DNA from: Prevotella sp.
Lineage (GTDB): Bacteria; Bacteroidota; Bacteroidia; Bacteroidales; Bacteroidaceae
Reading direction: 5' to 3'
NCBI GenBank assembly: GCA_021636625.1
Contig: JAJWLX010000004.1
Coordinates: 48,004 to 112,003, forward strand
Length of the DNA stretch: 64,000 nt
Under the pieces are notes generated by a model. It searched no databases, was not told the origin of the DNA, and saw nothing but the letters and a program-made list of their open reading frames with translations. The stretch's first letter is position 1; the number at the start of each line of letters is the position of its first letter. Below are positions 60,246-64,000 of this stretch, piece by piece. The position numbers were made by a program, and so were the translations under genes.

Positions 60246-61233
60246 AATGACAGAATTAAGACAAGCAATGATCGTATTCTTCCGCGTAATCGTCAGCGCA
60301 GCCTTCTTCCTGATGATGGCAGAACTGCTCTCATCCTGCGAGCACAAGGAACTCTGTTACGATCATCCTCACCGACAGAATGTGGAGGTGACGTTCGACT
60401 GGAGCGAGGCTCCCGATGCCAATCCAGCCACCATGAGTCTCTACCTCTATCCTGATGAGGGAGGAGAGCCTATCAGATACGAGTTTACGGATAAGAATGG
60501 TGAAACCATCTCCGTACCTGCAGGAACCTATCATGCCATCTGTGTAAACAGTGACAAGGAGACGCATCGTATCAACGGCAAGGAGAAATTCAATACTTTC
60601 GAGGTTACTTCAGCTGAAACTCAAGCTTTGCAGGGCTTGCTGGCTAGTATGGCTAAGTTTGAGCCACGTGCCAGAGGCACAGAAAAGGAGAGAGTGATGC
60701 TGGGACCGGCTATGCTCTATAGCGCCCATGCTGAGCGAGTGGTCATCAAGCCGGCAGGTGAGATGAGTACCATCACGATGAAACCTAAATCGAGAGTGAA
60801 GTATTTCTCTGTGGAAATCAAGAACGTGGAGAATATCCGGAGCGTGAAGGCGATGAGCGCAAGCTTGTCGGGATTGTCAGGCGGATGGCTGGCTGGTATT
60901 GATCAGTTGTCATCAGAGAGGGTTACCATTCCGTTTGCACTTGAGGTGGATCCTAGTCTTACCATCGTCAGGGGCAAGGAAAACCTCTTCGGTCACTGTC
61001 AGGACTCTTCTGCCAAGCATGTTCTGATGGTTTATGCGCAGCTTACCGATGACAGCAACTGGTTTTACGAGGTGGATGTCACCGATCAGGTTCACGCTGC
61101 CGATCAGGAAGAGGGTGCTCCTATCAAGATTGAGTTGGATAAACTGCCTTTCCCTGAGTCTGTACCGGGTGGTTCTGGTTTGCAGCCGAGCGTGAATAAG
61201 TGGAATGAAGTCCAAGTAGATATCAATTTGTAA
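60238..61233 (+). CDS. DUF5119/FimB-Mfa2-like fimbrial lipoprotein
   Basis: Lipoprotein signal LLSSCEHKELCYDHPH. Overlaps the upstream gene by 8 nt. Confidence 0.55.
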   Translation: MTRMTELRQAMIVFFRVIVSAAFFLMMAELLSSCEHKELCYDHPHRQNVEVTFDWSEAPDANPATMSLYLYPDEGGEPIRYEFTDKNGETISVPAGTYHAICVNSDKETHRINGKEKFNTFEVTSAETQALQGLLASMAKFEPRARGTEKERVMLGPAMLYSAHAERVVIKPAGEMSTITMKPKSRVKYFSVEIKNVENIRSVKAMSASLSGLSGGWLAGIDQLSSERVTIPFALEVDPSLTIVRGKENLFGHCQDSSAKHVLMVYAQLTDDSNWFYEVDVTDQVHAADQEEGAPIKIELDKLPFPESVPGGSGLQPSVNKWNEVQVDINL

Positions 61234-61333
61234 TCATAAGTTGGGTATCTCATAGGTTGCTCTATCATTTAGAATCATATAATCGAATATTATAACAAAA
61301 TTTATTTATTAATTTTTTTTAAACAAAACAGTT

Positions 61334-62494
61334 ATGAAAAAAAGTGTTTTATTAATGGCAGCAGCTACTGCTATTGCCTTGTCTTCATGCTCTTCAGAAG
61401 AGACTAAGGATATTGCGAAGAACTCTTCTAGCATCACCTTCCGTAGTACTGTAGGCTTGAACAGCCGTGGAGCTGAGGTAACAACTGATAATCTCAAGAA
61501 TATCTGGGTGAGTGCATGGAAAGATGCTGATGTAGCTTTTGAAAGCGAGAAGTTTGTAAAGAAAGATGGTACACAGGAGTTCCATTGTGATAAGGATGAA
61601 CCTTACTACTGGGAGAAGGATAAGCAATATACCTTTATGGCGTTTGCTACTGGTAAGGATGATATGGGAGGCTTAACTCCTACTATTAACAAGACCAGCA
61701 TTGTTTTGAATGATTATACTCCAGACAAAGATCCTTCAAAGCATATGGATTTGCTTGCAGCTCAGGCAACTGGCGATATCACTCAGAATGGAACTACAGG
61801 AGTTCCTTTGACTTTCGAGCATATCCTTTCCCAGATTCAGGTCAAGGTGAAGAGTGAAAATCAGGATGTGAAGTATGTCATCCGTGGTGTTCGTATTTCT
61901 AATGTAAAGGGTACAGGAAACTATACCTATACACCTGCATCTCCTGATCAGAAGCACGCTTGGACAGTCAACACTGCGGCTCAATATGTCAGTGATCAGG
62001 GTATAGATATCCGACTTGATGGTACAGATGGAGCCTTTAAGGAACTGCTCGCTGGTAATCTGAGTGCTATGCTTCTTCCTCAGTCTGTGACAGCATGGGA
62101 TGGTACTGTTCCAGGAGATGTAGATGCAACTTTCGATCAAGTTAATGGTTCTTACATCTCTCTCTTGATTAATATTCAGAAGAAGGGTAAAGATGGCCGA
62201 TGGATGCAGGTTTATCCTAAGAATGCTACACAAGATACACAGTGCGGTTGGACTGCTGTAGCTATCCCTACTCTTAAATGGGAAAGTGGCAAGAAGTATA
62301 TTTACAATCTTGACTTGACATTTGGTGCAGGCGTTGTAGATCCTGTACAGCCTAATCCTGATGGAACAGATATTGTGAAGCCAGGTGAGCCAGGTAAGGA
62401 TCCAGGTAAGGGTGATGAAATCTTGGGTAAGGAAATCTTCTTCAAGGTTGATGTTAAGACTTGGGAGCCTACTGATCAGAATGTTAATATGTAA
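61334..62494 (+). CDS. fimbrillin-family (Mfa1/FimA-like) protein
   Basis: Lipoprotein signal AIALSSCSSEE. Beta-rich. 386 aa. Confidence 0.65.
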   Translation: MKKSVLLMAAATAIALSSCSSEETKDIAKNSSSITFRSTVGLNSRGAEVTTDNLKNIWVSAWKDADVAFESEKFVKKDGTQEFHCDKDEPYYWEKDKQYTFMAFATGKDDMGGLTPTINKTSIVLNDYTPDKDPSKHMDLLAAQATGDITQNGTTGVPLTFEHILSQIQVKVKSENQDVKYVIRGVRISNVKGTGNYTYTPASPDQKHAWTVNTAAQYVSDQGIDIRLDGTDGAFKELLAGNLSAMLLPQSVTAWDGTVPGDVDATFDQVNGSYISLLINIQKKGKDGRWMQVYPKNATQDTQCGWTAVAIPTLKWESGKKYIYNLDLTFGAGVVDPVQPNPDGTDIVKPGEPGKDPGKGDEILGKEIFFKVDVKTWEPTDQNVNM

Positions 62495-62526
62495 ATATTG
62501 AATATACCAAATTATAATTTTGAATT

Positions 62527-62570
62527 GGAGGGTAACCGGCTCAAGAGAGAGACTGAGATCGGAACCCTCC
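62527..62570 (+). other. intercistronic stem-loop between the fimbrillin genes (possible attenuator or partial terminator)
   Basis: Stem ggagggt ... accctcc with a 30-nt loop, followed by gattcttt. Confidence 0.3.
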
Positions 62571-62617
62571 GATTCTTTACCCTTATTGGCGTAAAAAAGA
62601 ATAAAAAGAAAACTATA

Positions 62618-64000
62618 TGATGAACAAAACTTATAAATGTAGTTTGTTGGCACTCAGTGTACTCGCATCCTTTACGTCATGTTCAGAAAGCGAATCACTG
62701 CAGCAAGCCAATCTATCTAATGATAAAATAACATTTCAACCATCGCTCGACAATAGCTGGAAGCCTCTGTCTCCCAGCTCCTCTTCACGTGCAGCTAAAG
62801 ATGCAGCTAGTGAGGAGGGGGCTATCGTCGTGCCTACGTCCTACGGCAAGCCCCTCTATCTTCTGCCATTAGAGCAGGACGGCATCTATATCTGGAGCAA
62901 GGACGGAAAACGCATCACCCGTTCCGGTGCACTGCTGGAAGACGGTGAACAGGAAGGAGCTGCGCAGACCCGTGGAACCACAAAGAACGATATTCTAGAT
63001 TATGGTAGTTTTGGCGTAACTGCGATTTATAAGGAAGGAAATCAGAATGCATCATTATTCAAGAATAAAGATGGCGATCCTAGAATTGCCGTTGCCACAC
63101 CATTCATTCATAACAAGTTTTGGGAGATTGAGGATGCCCTATGGCCAAAGGAAGGAGAAGTATCTTTTCATGCTTTCGCTCCATATACCACGGATGCAAA
63201 CTCACCTCTGACTTTCACCCAAGACATAATCAATGGAACGACCAAGATCAAATATACAGCATCAAATACAGATATTGCCAATCAGCCTGACTTGATTGTT
63301 GCCACAAACAAAGGTCAGAAATCAAAGGAGGCTTTGGGCTTGAACTTCTATCATGCCCTTACAGCCGTAACCTTCGCTGTAGATAAGAATTTGGCACAGG
63401 TTATTGGTTCAGGGAAACAACTGACAAAGGTTGAATTGCGTGGTATCCCTAACAAGGGCACCTGTGTACTTTCTTTGTCAGGAACGGCTAATGTGCCAAG
63501 TGCTCAGTGGTCTCTTGAAAATGATAAGGTTACATACTCGTTCGATTTAACTAAAGAAAATATAATTGTTGGTAAGGAAGATTATGCGCTCACACTGGGA
63601 GATCAAACATTGATGATGATTCCTCAGACTTTGCCAGATGGGGCTGAGGTATGCTTCACTTTGAAACACAATGGAGAAACAAAAGATTATACAATATCTC
63701 TCAAAGATAAACAATGGACAGCTGGTAAATCTGTCATCTATAAGCTTTCGTCCCAACAAATCTCATCGTTTGGTCTCGGCGTTATTAAATATGATAATTC
63801 CTGGAATGAATACGATAAAAAGGGCGGTAGCTATTACACGAATTTTCCAAAATCGGCTTTTACACACTACGACGAAGTAGGCCTTTACATTGTAAATAAT
63901 TCAAATGAACTGATAGCAGAAAATCTTCTGATTATTCGACAAGATGTGAATTGGAGGATATACGAAGCTAACGTAAAGTTCCCATACTCTCCTGGTAATT
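62618..64000 (+). CDS. second fimbrillin-family protein (partial, runs off the window end)
   Basis: MMNKTYKCSLLALSVLASFTSCSESESL lipoprotein signal. The frame stays open to the window end. Confidence 0.5.

Overview
This 64 kb window reads as chromosomal DNA from a Bacteroidota genome, most likely Prevotella or Bacteroides. Three things point that way: repeated TAnnTTTG -7 promoter boxes, FeoA-FeoB fused into one gene, and type V (Mfa-like) fimbrial genes. It is gene-dense, about 48 CDS, with no rRNA, tRNA or CRISPR detected.

The housekeeping genes are pdxA, rlmN, secA, feoAB, rny, zapA, rfbA, a Wzc-like tyrosine autokinase, ttcA, ogt and YjbQ. There is a cell-envelope cluster (DUF4105/Lnb-like protein, outer membrane barrel, LptC-like, CBS/DUF21 hemolysin-family, PpiD-like). 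There is also a pectin/galactan utilisation cluster (CE8 pectinesterase, sugar porter, DUF5107-TPR protein, AraC, GH35, GH2, GH28) with no SusC/SusD pair.

The most interesting signals, strongest first:
- A probable DNA-inversion switch sits at 58.5-58.8 kb. A tyrosine recombinase gene lies next to a roughly 200 bp segment bounded by inverted 16-bp core sites (ACAGTT-N7-AACTGT) with opposite spacer polarity. The segment carries a TAtaTTTG -7 box aimed at a downstream fimbrial operon (DUF3575, DUF5119-like, fimbrillins), so the fimbriae are probably phase-variable.
- A 1315-aa four-part protein (unknown N-terminal region, GT2, DUF4922/GalT-HIT-like, SpoIID/LytB) is followed immediately by an AmpG-like permease.
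- A translationally coupled SPFH-RHH(Arc-like)-membrane protein operon has a promoter overlapped by three GATATC palindromes.
- Two paralogous genes for 28-29 aa hydrophobic peptides, absent from the ORF track, have their own promoter and a strong terminator. They lie just after a truncated DUF362-like gene remnant.
- Three separate intergenic arrays of palindromic or tandem sites all show 22-bp phasing: CCTTAAGG x3, CACAACA-N2-TGTTGTG x3, and a 22-bp tandem repeat x3.
- PdxA carries an unusual C-terminal tail of 13-aa tandem repeats.

Position-level detail is in the features and findings below.
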